Positions 41,101 to 54,256 of a stretch of 64,000 nt of DNA are shown in pieces; the first letter of the stretch is position 1, and each line of letters begins with the position of its first letter. The stretch is from the human T2T-CHM13v2.0 reference genome, Homo sapiens. The notes under the pieces were generated by a model. It was not told where the DNA came from. It ran no database searches and saw nothing but the letters and a program-made list of their open reading frames with translations. The stretch lies in assembly GCF_009914755.1 (NCBI RefSeq), contig NC_060930.1; one strand, 5' to 3'. The translations under genes were made by a program, and so were the position numbers.

Positions 41101-41915
41101 TATTTGTGTCTTTTTTTCTTATTCTGCTTAAAGGTTTTTCAGTTTTGTTTATCTTTTCACAAAATCAGCTCTTTATTCTGTTGATTGTTTTTGTATTTTT
41201 TAGTCTCTATTTCATGTATTTCTGCTCTGAGCTTTATTACTTCTTTCCTTCTACTTGTTTTGGGTTTGGTTTGTTCTTGTTTTTCTAGTTCCTTGGGTTG
41301 TAATGTTAAGTTGTTTATTTGAGATCTATTTTTTTGTAGGCGTTAATTGCTATAAACTTCCCTATTCACACTGCTTTTGCTGTATCTCATAAGTTTTGGT
41401 ATGTTGTTTCCATTATCATTTATCTGAAGAAATTTTAAGTTGTGTTGCTTAATTTCTTCACTGACCCATTGGTCATTCAGGAGCATGTGATTTAATTTCC
41501 ATGTATTTGTGTAGTTTCCTAAGTTCTTCTTGTTATTGATTTCTAGTTCTATTGCATTGTGGTCAGAAGATAATTGATATGATTTCAATTTTTGAACATT
41601 TATTGAGACTTGTTTTTTGACCTACCGTGTGGTGTAGCCTGGAGAATGTTCCAGGTGTGATTGAAAAGAATGTTCCTTGTGCTGTGTCTTCCGCAGCTGT
41701 TTGGTGAAATGTTCTGTAGAGGTCAGCTAGGCTGATTTGCTCTAGGGTGCAGTTTCAATTCCATTGTTTCTGTTTGTTTTTGTGTTGGATGATATGTTAT
41801 TGCCGAAAGTGAGGTGTTATAGTTTCCTAATACTATTGGATTAGAGTCTATTATCTTTCTTTAGGTCTATTAGTATTTGCTTTGTATGTTTAAGTGCTTT
41901 GATGTCAGGTGCATA
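38115..41915 (-). mobile_element. L1MA-like element (~3.8 kb): 3' UTR through decayed ORF2 (EN to C-terminus)
   Basis: Minus peptides [20 protein letters not shown]...KKSPDPDGF...[28 protein letters not shown] and MEYYSAIK...WMNLKDITLSEI; frameshifted. Confidence 0.95.
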
Positions 41916-42999
41916 GATAAAAGACTAACTTCATATGTGAACCGAGCAATCTCCACACTACAGCACAATGTGAGTTTGTAAGGATTTCTCAACAACCCCT
42001 GGCAAGACAGGGAGGCTGCAGTTGGAGCAACTCTGGCAGGTCCTCTCAAGAAGAAAATACAGGGAAGAATGCCCTTTTGGCATCCTTCTTGGCCACATTT
42101 TGGCTGCCAGACACGTCAACATACTGCACACAAGCTTCAGGATGGGATCCACTGCTTTCCAACCATTTCAATTTTGATTAGTACAGAACCGAGAAAGTCT
42201 GTGCAAGGACTGTTTTCTATTTCTGATAGACTCTTCTCATGGTCTCTTTTCTCTTTAGCCATCAGTTATCATAGTTGTGGTTTTGGCCCATTATCTGTGT
42301 ACCTTTCTTTTCTCACTTTAAAATATTCTATTCAAAACACCTAGAAATTTGACTACAAAAATCACTGGTATTTTAATATATGTGGATTCTTGGCTGTGAT
42401 GAGCTCGTTGCTCTATTTTCCAAGCTGAGGTGGTTATGTATAGATGAGGGATGTCCACTTATTTACCTCATTTCACACCCTAAGTGTGAGGGGCCATTTG
42501 TAGTTGGTGGCAATTTTCCTAGAACCAGAGAAAAAAGTTGTTGAAAAGTGGAAATTGCCCAGTCTGGAAAACTATTTCTTGAAGATTAGGAAGGGAAAGC
42601 ACATATGCTTCACAGGCTTCACAGGCTGTTGGATGGCCATTTAAAGGGTGATGTTTGTAACTCTTGACCCTCTCTACAGATTCATGTACAGGAAAAACTG
42701 CCTCACTCAAATAGGGAGAAAGATCTTATGCTGTATAGGGCTGTGCATTGTGTACGCTCTGCATCTCTATTATGGGCCTTTCAACAAAGAATTGATGTCA
42801 AGGGCTTCCTCCCAAGATTACCAACTCTTTTCTTTCCTTTTCTGTACTTAAACCTATAATATATTATATTTGAAAAACCACCAGAGATGTTTATAGTCAG
42901 TTTCCTAACCAGTTGAAATCTCCCTCCATGTAGGGAGGGAGACAACCATCTGTCTGGTTGTCTTGGTTCTTTTTTCTGCATGGAAAGAGGCAAATGATC

Positions 43000-43364
43000 T
43001 GTCCTAATTAATTTGGGCTGCTGTAATAAACTCCCATAGACTGGGTGGCTTATAACCAGCAGACATTTATTTCTCCCAGTTCTGGTGGCTGGGAAGTCCA
43101 AGATTAAGACACTGGCAGATTCAGTTTCTGGTGAGGGCCCACTTCCTGGTTCATAAAGGACCATCTTGGTGCATCCTCACATGGTGGGATAGAAAAAAGG
43201 TGTGCTCCCAGGCCTCTCTTATAAAAGCACTAATCCTATTCATGAAGGCTCCATCTCTATAACCTAGTCACCTCCTAAAGTCATCACCTCCTAATAACAT
43301 CACCTTGGCTGTTAGGATTTTGATATAAGCACTTTGGGAAGACACAATCATTTAGTCCATAGCA
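43000..43364 (-). mobile_element. MaLR solo LTR (MLT1A0-like); TSD tgatc/tgatg (4 of 5 match)
   Basis: gggctgctgtaa...catagactgggtggcttataa...ggctgggaagtccaagat...tttagtccatagca. Confidence 0.9.
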
Positions 43365-43604
43365 TGATGCTTCTTCATTGCCAGTTTTCCAGACTTACGA
43401 ATATAAAAATCATGTCCTCTGAGGTCCTCTACAGGTGTTGCCTAACCAGTGAGGATGAAAAAATAATCACTTCTCATTGCTATTCAATCGGGCAGCATGG
43501 CTTTTGCACTAGTGACATCAGGAATTGATTCCCTCCTATTGGGTAGTTTAGTGAAACCTTAAAGGTCTTGTTTCAATTGATAATACTATCTCCTGACTTT
43601 TCCT

Positions 43605-43760
43605 TGATGCTTTACAGTTTACAAAGTATTTTCACATGTCTCATTTGGCATCAAAAATAATTCTGATGCAAGCAGTGAAGATGTTAGTGTATGCATCTTA
43701 TTGACAGGGAAACTAAGCATCAGAGAACTTCAGCTGCCAGGGCCATATCACCACCACATC
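43605..43760 (-). mobile_element. MIR fragment
   Basis: gctttacagtttacaaagtattttcacat...gacagggaaactaag. Confidence 0.55.
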
Positions 43761-44090
43761 CAGTGCTCAAAGAACAGGTGGTTTCTAAACTTCTGTATTA
43801 TTTTTAATCAGGAATCCACTTTGGGCAACTGTTGTCCAAGTCAGGTCCCCCTAACTTGTACTCGTGCAGTTGATTTGCTGGAACTAAATGCATCCTGTTA
43901 GATTTTAATGACAATTTTGTAATGCAATAAAATCAAGGAAACAAGTCTGTGTTTTCCAGAACCAAACTTAAAATTTACTTTAGAAAACAACATTTGTCCT
44001 TCTCCAGTCTTCTTTCTTATACTATTTCTTGAGATCACAACTACATAGATTTGTCCTTTCCTCTTTTTAAAAAAATCTGGGCACATTAAT

Positions 44091-44377
44091 TAATTAGCTA
44101 ATTAATTAATTAAATTATTATTATTTTTGAGACAAGGTCTCTCTCTGTGTCCCAGGCTGGTGTGCATTGGTGTGACCATGGCTCATGGCAGCCTCAGCTT
44201 CCAGAGTAGCTGGGACTACAGGCACACACCACCATGTTAATTTTTAAATTTTATTTTTGTAGAGACAGGATCTCACTATTTTGTCAGGGCTGGTCTCAAA
44301 CACTTGGCATCAAAGAATCCTCTTGCTTCCGTCTCCCAAACTGCTGGGATTACAGATGTGAGCCACTGTGCCCGGCC
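44091..44377 (-). mobile_element. AluJ-like with TSD cacattaat and a (TAAT)n tail
   Basis: gagacaaggtctc...gctgggattacagatgtgagccactgtgcccggcc; cacattaat at 44082 and 44378. Confidence 0.92.
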
Positions 44378-47300
44378 CACATTAATCTATTCAAATAACT
44401 GATTTATTCATTTCAATTTCCTTACTTCTTTTGCATTTCTATTTTTTCCTACCTCTGTTTGTTCTACCTTTCTGAGTTTAAAGGCATAATCTGCATTAAA
44501 ATGCATCAACATTGATTCATCTTTTTCCAGATGCCCTGTACACCCACAGAGATTTTCACTCTTGTTTCTCTAGTTTCCCCCCTCATTCCAATCCCCCTAC
44601 CCATGTTTCCAATATCAAATTCATGGCTTTTTATACATGCATGTATCTTCTTTCCATAGAGTGTACAACTTATAACAATGAACTCTATTCAAATCTGATA
44701 GCATGCAAGCTAGATTACAATAAAAACATATGTTCATATGAAGAGGCCACAGTCTTGAGGATTTTAGAGTGATTATTATGGGACTGCAGGCTTCTGTTAT
44801 TAGATGAAATGTTAGGTAAGTTAATTGTATATTTTAAGTCTTATTTTGAGAATAATTTATTTGATGTCATTTGAAAAAACTTGAACACGAAAAAACGATC
44901 TGAGAAGATAAATGACACGTTTACAAGTTGGTTTGTAGGAAAAATATCTATTTGCTATGGATCTTGAAGGCCAAAAGTATGTAGTTTCAGACGTTTGGAT
45001 TTAAACTCTGGATTCAAAAGTTGGGGCAAAACTGAAAGCTTTTGAAGTTTGTGTGGTTTTGGCTCCAGAAATGTTGAGTTTTGCAAAGTATATGGTTTTG
45101 CTCTTATTTCCGCTAATGTCCACACTTATTACAATGAGAGGACAGAAGAATTTTATCTTCTTACCTAGGCTGCCAAATACTTTTTAAGAAAGATATACAT
45201 TTCTCAGGAAATAATGCTTTTAAGTTAAGGGAAAATATTTTGCAAATATCTTTACCAAAAGTTGATGATACCAAAATTTACATAGATAAATGTCTTCATA
45301 CCAATACTCAAGATGTGTGGTTACATAAAATACCTTGACTAAGTTCTCATGTAGATTATTGTATTCCTTTTAATCTGAGCAGTTTCTTGCTTAATGTATT
45401 GTTTAATGTGTCTGATAAATGGCGAAAAGGTCTTACAATCAAATTATGTACCATTGAAAATTGTCATTTTATTATAAATATAGTCTATTACATATAAACT
45501 CTACAAGGTAGGCGTCATTCGATTAACCAACTTAAATGCTTACATCATTCCCTAGAGTATTCAGAGTAAGTGTTGGGCCAGGGCTTCAATGTGTGCCCTT
45601 TTTCATTTTTAAGGAGTCTGCATTTTCACACTGCAAAGGATTTAATTCTCTCAAGTATTTGTGTCGGGCATCTCTACTTTGAGCTTACAACAGACTTGAC
45701 ATCTCTATTAAGAAAGGAAGTCAAAATACAGCACATGGAAAACAATTGATGATGGAGAATAGCAAGTGAAGAAAAAAAGGCCACACTCTGAGTTCTAATG
45801 AACAAAATGCATTCTTATCAAACACATTTGCAGAATGTCCATGACTCAATTTTTGGAGGTTTGGTTGCTATCTTTGCCTCCCTTGCCCCAGGTGGAGACT
45901 GTAGTCTCTTCTAAGCTAAGGGAGAAGGGAGAATGTGGGTTAAGACAGCCCCGAAGCCAGCAAGCAGCCTTTATATTCAGGTGTACAGCATGCACTCTGA
46001 GTTCTTATTAGAGGACATATCTAATATGTATTTTTTTCTCTCATAAATTTATATTTTCCTTTCCAGGAGAAAAGCAAAACTGCCACAGTGATGTGCAGAT
46101 AGAAGAAAAACATTGTTTGAATAAAAACTGAGTTGTTCTGGTGGAGGCCGTTGCTCATTCATCTTGACTTTAGACACTTGACTAGCTTGCAAGCCTCTGC
46201 TTTTTTGTAATTTGATCAATGATTCAGGCTCCCTCCAGACCTTCTCTCTCCTTCACCTCCTGCTTCTGATTGCTATTGATTGCTTTCTCCCTAATGCATT
46301 GGAACAGTATCCAATAGGACTTTCCAATTTGATGTGGAGCCTGAGCAGGCATGCTTCAAGAACTTCCCTCTGTGCGTCCCCAACTCTCTCTGGTTCCTCT
46401 CTCCCACCCTAACTCTCTTCTTTAGTATCACCCAGATTTGTATTTACAGGAGCTCACAGGCTGTTCTGCAAGCTGTCTGTCTGCTGCCTCACCCCTTTAT
46501 CATAGCAACTACTGCCACACTATTTCGTTAAAACGATGCTTGGAAGCCAGGCCACTCGAGTGTGCAGTAAGTTGAATTGCAACTGCTTCCTGCTGTTCCT
46601 GTGATAGATAGTACCATAAAATGGAAGTGATGTGGTTATTAGGCTGTGATTCGGTTCATACTGAGCTGTATTGATTGGTGTTGGTTCAGTGCTTGCTATA
46701 CATTTTATCAATTGACCTTCTAGATTGTATCCTGCCTTTGCTTCTTTTACCTCTAATTCTACTTTATCTCCAGTTTTGTGGCTCCTAATTTTCTTTTGGC
46801 TGATTTCTTGTAGTATTTCTTTAGTTTTCTATTACTCAGAAAGACTTTTCTAATGAAACCATATTTTCCCTCTCACCATGCTTATTTACTTATTTATTTA
46901 TGTAGCTGAGTCGAGTCAGTCTTTGTTATTCTGGGATACCATTTCTGTCCTTTGAGTTTCCAAGTTTTAAAATATTTCTGACTGCACACAGGACTTTTCC
47001 TGAAACTTTCCAGTCCCTCAAACTAGCTGGCAGAGCTCAGCAGAGGACGATTTGATTGCATAGGCTCGAAGTCCTATTTGCAGTTATTCTCCATAACAAG
47101 CAGTCAGCCAGCCTTCTTTTGCCCTAGTGCCATCTTTTCATTTTGAAGTTCTTTCTTTCTTACTTTTTTTTTTCTTAGTGAGGGTTCTGGGAATTTCTTC
47201 AAGTGTTTGTATAAAAATATTAGATAATTAAGCAAAGATAGATATGGAACATAGGAACTTTGTCTGCAGAGAGGGGAGACACGAGGAGAAAGGGGGTAGA

Positions 47301-48112
47301 AGACGGAAAATGGAGGAGAAAAAGGAGGGGAAATGTCAAGGGAAGAGGAGCAAGCAAAGCTGTTTGAGAGAGTGGGGACCAAGACAGATGTGACCCCTGT
47401 GTAGGAGGCTGGATAGAGTTATTTTTGGAATAGAAATATATATGTGAAGATAAAGGGACAAGAGTGAAGGTAAAGAGGGGAGGGGTTGATGAAGTCAGTG
47501 TTGGGAAAGTGAGATGAGCATATTTTTATAGATTGTAAACCCATCAGGGAAAGCACATGTTTAGTATACTGCTGAGCACCTTGTCAGGTACCTTATAATT
47601 AATAATAATTGCAGCCATTATTTTAAAAAATCACGGAGAAAAATTTGTGTACCTTGAGGAACAGTGTTGTGACACTGCATTACCTACAATCAGTAATTTT
47701 TCAAACACTTGATTCTTATGTTTATTGCTTTTATTTTTCATGGAGGCAGGAATTAAATAAAATATATGACCACTTGTTGCCTCTGACACCAGGCAAATAT
47801 TATTTGACCATTTTGTTTGAAAGGAAATGAGATTTTTATGGCTAGTTTTGTTTACTATGAACCAGGTTGGTTGTGCAAAGTAATTTCCATCTGAATAGTT
47901 CTTAGTGGCCCAAGTGGAATTAATATATCTCTTTGAAGACCAACACCTGCTTACCTGAAATTAATTTCTAAATAATAATTTACTAGTCCCTTGTATAATT
48001 TACTAGATACTAGTTCCTTGTATCAACCACAACAAAGTGGGTAAGGAGTGATGTCATGAAGCCAAAGGGTTTTCTGTTCCCAAGGAAGCACTTAAAACAA
48101 AAAAAAAAGACT

Positions 48113-48119
48113 CATTAGT

Positions 48120-48150
<31 letters not shown>

Positions 48151-48625
48151 AATTTCCAACTTTTATTTTAAGTTCATGGCACATCTGCAGGATGGGCAGG
48201 TTTGTCGCATAGGTAAACATGTGCCATGGTGGTTTGCTGCACAGATCATCCAATCACTTGTTAAGTGATTGGTGTTAAGCCCAGCATCCATTAGCTATTC
48301 TTCCTGATCCTCTCCCTCCTCCCACTCCCCACCCTCCACCAGACCCCAGTGTGTGTTGTGTCCCTCCATGTGTTCTCATCATTTAGCTCCCACTTATAAG
48401 TGAGAACATGTGGTATTTGATTTTCTGTGCCTACACTAGCTTGCTAAAGATAATGGCCTCCAGTTCCATCCCTTCAAAGGACATGATCTTGTTCCTTTTT
48501 ATGGCTGCATAGTATTCCATGGTGTATATGTACCACATTTTCTTTATCCAGTCTATCAATGATGGGCACTTACGTTGATTCCATGTCTTTGCTGTTGTGA
48601 ATAGTGCTGCAATGGACATATGCGA
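48113..48625 (-). mobile_element. 5'-truncated primate L1 (older L1PA) 3' end with a long TSD
   Basis: (TTTA)n tail, ggtaaacatgtgccatggtggtttgctgcac; peptide WIKKMWYIYTMEYYAAIKRN. Confidence 0.93.
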
Positions 48626-49340
48626 GAAGCACTTAAAAAAAAAAAGACTAAAATAGTCCCGAAATAAGGCAACATCTCCTGTGTCTTTATCATAACACAT
48701 GGATGCACAAAGCTGCTTTGCAATGATCAACCCACTCCATGTGTGAAAACATGTGTAACTTTATGTTCCTTCATAATGTGCCTGTGAAATGGTTAAGGAA
48801 GAGTCTCTGCTTTATCAATTGAGAGACATTTTAACCTCCTGTTTCATTGACTGTTCCATATCAAGGGACTCAAATGGGGACCTGGGACACCAATGGATGG
48901 CCCAGATATTTCTAGTGTTTTTTTGAAATTGGAGCTATCCTTGGGCTTTGCAAGCACAGGCCACCTCAGTGCACTCCTGCTTTGGTCAGCTACAAGGGGC
49001 TTTCTTTACCTGGGCCTTTGACCAGACATTCATTTGACACTCTCCTTTTCATTCCATGAGCATGGAGGTAATGACTTTCTCTGTTTTCTTCCAATTAACA
49101 CCCCATGAAAAGAATGGGGTGGCATCAACTTTCTTCCCATTCTCCTCCGAGTTTGCTTATAATTGGACTGGATCATTGTATATTTTTGTCAAATTGAAGA
49201 ACTTGTTTATGCTTTCAAAATAATCCCCTTTTATTATTTACCACAATGACCTCTTTTGCCCTTGAAACTGAAGGCAAACAGCCTTTCTTAATGTGTGAGA
49301 ACATAGATGTCATCTTGGTGAACTTGACAATTTGTTCAAC

Positions 49341-49405
49341 TGGGATGTGGAACCAACTATAAAAAAAGCAACAATAAGGCCTTCACTAGCATTCCCTCAT
49401 TATCA
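49341..49405 (+). repeat. Left arm of a perfect 65-bp inverted repeat
   Basis: Exact reverse complement of 50045-50109. Confidence 0.97.
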
Positions 49406-50044
49406 GGTCTGGCTTGTGGAGGGCTGAGGCCTAGCAAAAAAAATAGTTTGAAGCATCTAAGTTGTGCTTCCTCCAGCAAAGTCCCTGGAAAGGGCCAGAT
49501 TACAGAACTGCTGGACTTCGGGGAGGTACCAAGGGATTTATCATAACACTCAACGAGGAACTGCAAGCTTAGAAAAGGGCCTTGTTTTTACCCTGTCTGG
49601 GGAGGGGAGATTTGTAGACTACTGTGGAGGGTTGGAGGACATTTATTCATAAAACCCACCATGGTTTTCGTTCCTCAAACTGTTGTTGAAACTCCATGTT
49701 CAGCAAATAGAGTCATTCCTGCTAATAACCCTTGGGGTACAGCTCAAGCCTAACCTCCATTGTCTTCATTCAAACCTATCTGAGGATGTACAGGCAAAGA
49801 AATCTTCTGGTCACTCATTTTAACTACATGCAAGTTAATCTTGCTGAGAATTCTGGAACTAGCCCACCACATGACTTCTTTCTTGCCTTTATGGCTGAAG
49901 TCCTCAGGTTCATGTGTGAGTGAAAAACTAAGAAATATACAGACCAGGGTGTATTATATTCTCAAATTGCTTCCTTATATTTCACTTAGATTTTCTAGTT
50001 GGGCACCATGGTAATTGAAATGGGGTTTGTTCATAGTTATTTTG

Positions 50045-50109
50045 TGATAATGAGGGAATGCTAGTGAAGGCCTTATTGTTGCTTTTTTTATAGTTGGTTC
50101 CACATCCCA
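50045..50109 (-). repeat. Right arm of a perfect 65-bp inverted repeat
   Basis: Exact reverse complement of 49341-49405. Confidence 0.97.
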
Positions 50110-50764
50110 AAATATTAGAATCCTTGGAAGAAAAATAGTCAAAACACAAATAAAAGAGATTTATACTTTAGTAGTATGAATATAATGCTGCTGGTACACT
50201 TTTACTTCTCAAAACTATCTGTTTATTTTTAAATAAGTGATAACATTATTACTAGTTAATGCATTTTTATTGCGGAGATAAATAATTCCTTAAAATGTGA
50301 TGGGAGTACTGCTGTGAGTTATTCTCATGCCAAATATGATATCACAATACTGACATGATAAGTTGGAATCCCTACTAAGGAAGTTGATACAATTTTTTAA
50401 GGAAAAGACACAGACAATGGGCCTCTGCATCCTTTCTGGATCTTCATTCTGAGGCTCAGGCCAGAACCATCATTTGTATGTCTGAGACAGAGTCAATAGT
50501 AGGATTCAGTATCATTCCTTGAAGTCACTGTATACTGACATTGCATAAGATGTCCTATTGGTAGCTGAAATTGCTGTTTAAGATCTGATTTCACTCCATG
50601 TCATGATGGCTCAAACATTCATAGAGAAGAACCTCAGTTGTTTAAAAATAACAGTTTTCCCGGGACTCGTGGTGGAGTTTCTTAGGCTTTTCTGTAGAAA
50701 AAGTGTAACAATGCCTCTCACACTGTTTTTGATTTTAAGAAATTATCACTATAATATAAAATAT

Positions 50765-51197
50765 TGAGATGATTAATTTTGTGTTAACTTAGCTAGGCCA
50801 CAGTGCCTAGATATTTGGTTAAACATTATCCTGGAACTTACCGTGAAGGTGCTTTTTTGGATGGAATTAACATTTAAATTAGTAGACTTTGAGTGAAGCA
50901 GATTGCCCTCAAAATGTGGGTAAGTCTCATCCAATCAAATTGAAGGCCTCATTAGAAAAATATTTACCTCCCTGGAAGAAGAGGGAGTTCTGCCAGCAGA
51001 CTGTCTTTGGACTTGGACTGAGTACGTCTCTGGGTCTCCAGCCTACTGGCCCACCCTGCAGATTTTAGACTTGCATCTCCACAGTCGTGTGATCCAGTTT
51101 TAAAAATACCCCCTCTCTCCATACACATATATGTGTACACATATATACACATATACATCTTGTTGATTCTGTTTCTCTGAAGAACTCTACTAAAACA
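50765..51197 (+). mobile_element. ERVL solo LTR (MLT2C/D-like); TSD aatat/agtat (4 of 5 match)
   Basis: tgagatgattaattttgtg...agcagattgccctc...gggtctccagcctactggcccaccctgcagatttt...ttctgtttctctgaagaactctactaaaaca. Confidence 0.88.
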
Positions 51198-52054
51198 AGT
51201 ATTATCAAAATTAAAAAGGAGCTTGAAGTCATGTAGCCTAATGTTCTTCTTTTTAAAGATGAGGAAAAGAGATATTCAGAGAAACAAGTGAATTTACCTA
51301 AATTACCCAGCCAAGGAGTTACACTTCCCATATATCATATTTATTGCATATATAAGTAAGCAACAACTTCTCTTCTTTAAGCAACAATACTTAAAGCAGA
51401 GAGAATATATGAGTATAGGTGACTGTCTGAAGTTTTTATATAAAGATTGCTGTTAGTGGGTAGATTTGATGAGTGATCAAATACGGCTTACTCTAGTGCT
51501 GTTTGTCCACCATTGAATTTAGCACAGTTATCACTGGTTGTCCTTGAAGAAAAGCAAAAAATTAGAAAAAGTTAACCTGCACTAAACTCTGACCTAGTTC
51601 AGAAATGCCTTCGATAAAACTTAACAAAACAATTACTTCAAGCATGTATCTGAGGGAACTGGCTTCATTTCAATTTATTTAGGGTTCTTGAAGTACTTTA
51701 AAAGTATGCCTTAAAATCCCATTTCAATTATCTTTAATAAGATCAACTTGTCTGATATAGATGCAATATGAGAGGCAGAGCAAAAAATACTTCCCTTTTC
51801 AAATAATTCTTTCTAAAACGATTACGGTCCATTTTCTTAAAACCACCTCAGGGTGGTGAGTCATGTTTGTCATTTTAACTTTCTTCTGTCTTAGGAAGAA
51901 CTCAGATGGAATATCTCTTGGCTCCAAGATGATTTCTTTAATGAATATCTGATGGTGGGAACTTGCTAATAACACTATGATAAAAAGGCAGTATTTTTGT
52001 CCCAATCTCAAGGATATATTCCTGGGAGTAACTTGAGAGCATTTTTGTACATGA

Positions 52055-52480
52055 TTATTATTATTACTTTTAATTTTGTAATAACTTTAGATGCAGATAA
52101 AGCTTGGAAATATAGTGCAAAGAATTTCCTTAAACCCGCCATTCAGGAGGGATACCAATGTTATAATATTTTTCCATATTTGCTTTATTTCTTTCTGTCT
52201 CTCTCTGTCTCTGTCTCTCTCTCTCTCTCTCTATCTGTGTGTGTGTGATTTTTTCTGAACTCATTAAGAGTAAGTTGCAGACATAAAGCTCTTTTTATCA
52301 CTAAACATTTCAGTGCATATTTCCTAAAATAAAGGCATTCTCTCAAATAACAATAGTATAATGATCAAAATCAGGAAATTAAGCTTGATGTAGTAATATT
52401 ATCTAACATACAGAGCTTATTCAATTTCATCAATTGTCCCACTAATGTCCTTTATGGCAAAAGAAAAATAATTTTGGTTC
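52055..52480 (-). mobile_element. L1MC4/5-like 3' UTR fragment
   Basis: gagtaagttgcagaca...tatttcctaaaataaaggcattctc...atcaaaatcaggaaatt. Confidence 0.7.
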
Positions 52481-53741
52481 AGGAGGCAGATTGAGTTTTA
52501 AACTTTAACAATGAAAAAGTCAATGGTTAAAGGTTTGGGTGGAAATTAACCATATTCCTTCTCCCCCACTCCAATTCTACTCCCCCCATATGAATCAGGA
52601 TCAACATTTCTGTATTCTTCAGTGTTATCTATAGTCATACTCCTACACACATGTAAAGTGTATTTGTTTCTTTTTGAGTTTGTGAAAAATAAGAAATTTA
52701 CCACAAGCATTAATGCATCATGGCTTTTTCATTCAGTTGCACATTAGGAACATCCTATGAGAGAAACAGATCTATGTAACCCTGTTGTATTTGTTTTTAA
52801 AGATCCTTAAAATCAAAGTAATATACACATATTGTTAAAGGCACATGTCATTAAAGGCTTATAATTAAGAACACTGGTATCTTTCTCCACCAGTCTCACT
52901 TCTAAAAGAAAAATAGTTTCAATTATTTTGTTTATATCAATTTTGCTTATATTTTGATATATGCTTATATCAATTTTGCTTATATTTTGTTTATATTTTG
53001 ATATATATTTATATCAATTTTCTTTATATTTTGTTTATATCAAAATAATTGAAACTTTATTATAAATGATATTCTTGTACTACTATTGCTTGGGTCACCA
53101 TTTTTAGAGGTATTTTATCCACTTCTTTCTACAGTACTTGAGAATTTGGTCTTTCTCTCTCCTCTGTCCCTCACCCTATTTGCTGCCCTTCCTTTCCAAT
53201 GTAATTATATTTCAAATTTTTTTATTAATAATATTGTTAAGTTTACATTTTATGATTATAAAATAGCATAATATTTCATGAAATATAACTTACTCCAAGT
53301 CACATATTAAAACCTATGTCTGAGGATTTTGTCTTCTAAAACATTTGTTTTCCTGCTGTTAAAAATTGTCTCAAATTTTTTGTTTGCTTAGTTCATATGA
53401 CACTGATTCTAATTCTCCTCTTATTCCCAATGACTTCAATACAACTACCAGGTGAATGGTTAGATCCTTATTTTTCCTCTTTTGCTTTCTTTCTCACTTG
53501 CTTCAACCTGGACAGCTTTCTTTCAGGCATCCTGCACAACTGCTGTCCTGGGACTTCCTTTTGCCTTCATTCAGGAGATTATCTTATCCTTTCTCCCATA
53601 TTGAATATGCTCTTACCCGGGCCCAATCTTCCTCTTTATTGATTTACTCTCTCATTTTGTTGATGCACAACTTTCAATAGCTTTCTTTGTAGAGAAGCTT
53701 GGTATACTTTTTGAAATACTTCTTGTTTCGTGTCTAAAATT

Positions 53742-53838
53742 CTTTTTAGATAAGCAAATGTTAAGGGAATTCATTATCACCAGACCTGCCTCACCAGAGG
53801 TCCTTAATGGAATGCTAAACATGGAAAGAAAAGACCAT
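53742..53838 (+). mobile_element. L1 ORF1 3' end (left part of the L1 split by the provirus)
   Basis: aagcaaatgttaagggaattcattatcaccagacctgcc...ctaaacatggaaagaaaagaccat continues at 62054. Confidence 0.85.
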
Positions 53839-54236
53839 TGTTAAGTCAAGTTTAGCCTAAAGCTGCCTCCTTACATACTTTAATTTTGGGCTAAGAGTTT
53901 CTCTGTACATACTGAACTATAACAAGCAGAGGTATAAACAGGCTAGCCTACACTTGTGCCAATCACCGAGTTTTGGCCAATCAAATGTAGCCCACTGTTC
54001 AAACCATGTTCACATAAGCAAACGAGGAGCTGTAACCAATCCAGTTGTTTCTGTACCTGACTTCCATTTCCTGTATGTCACTTTCCTTTTTCTGTCCATA
54101 AATCTTCCACCACGTGACTGCACTGGAGTCTCCAAGCCTGTGCTGGCTGGGAAAGCTGCTTGATTCGTGAATTGTTCATTGCTCAATTAAACTCCTTTAA
54201 ATTTAATTTGGCTGAAGTTTTTTTTTTTTTTTTTCA
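53839..54236 (+). mobile_element. 5' LTR (MER57A/B-like)
   Basis: tgttaagtcaagtttagcctaaagctgcctcctt...three CCAAT boxes, cataaa, attaaa...ca. Confidence 0.92.
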
Positions 54237-54238
54237 GG

Positions 54239-54256
54239 TGGCGTCAGAAGTGGGAT
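54239..54256 (+). promoter_or_regulatory. Retroviral primer-binding site complementary to the tRNA-Leu(CAA) 3' end
   Basis: TGGCGTCAGAAGTGGGAT versus expected TGGTGTCAGAAGTGGGAT (17/18), 2 nt after the LTR. Confidence 0.85.

Noticed and set aside
49341-50109. Reading the 65-bp inverted repeats as TIRs of an active DNA transposon
   Set aside because: No TSD, no transposase ORF and no recognisable TIR signature; kept as a rearrangement finding instead
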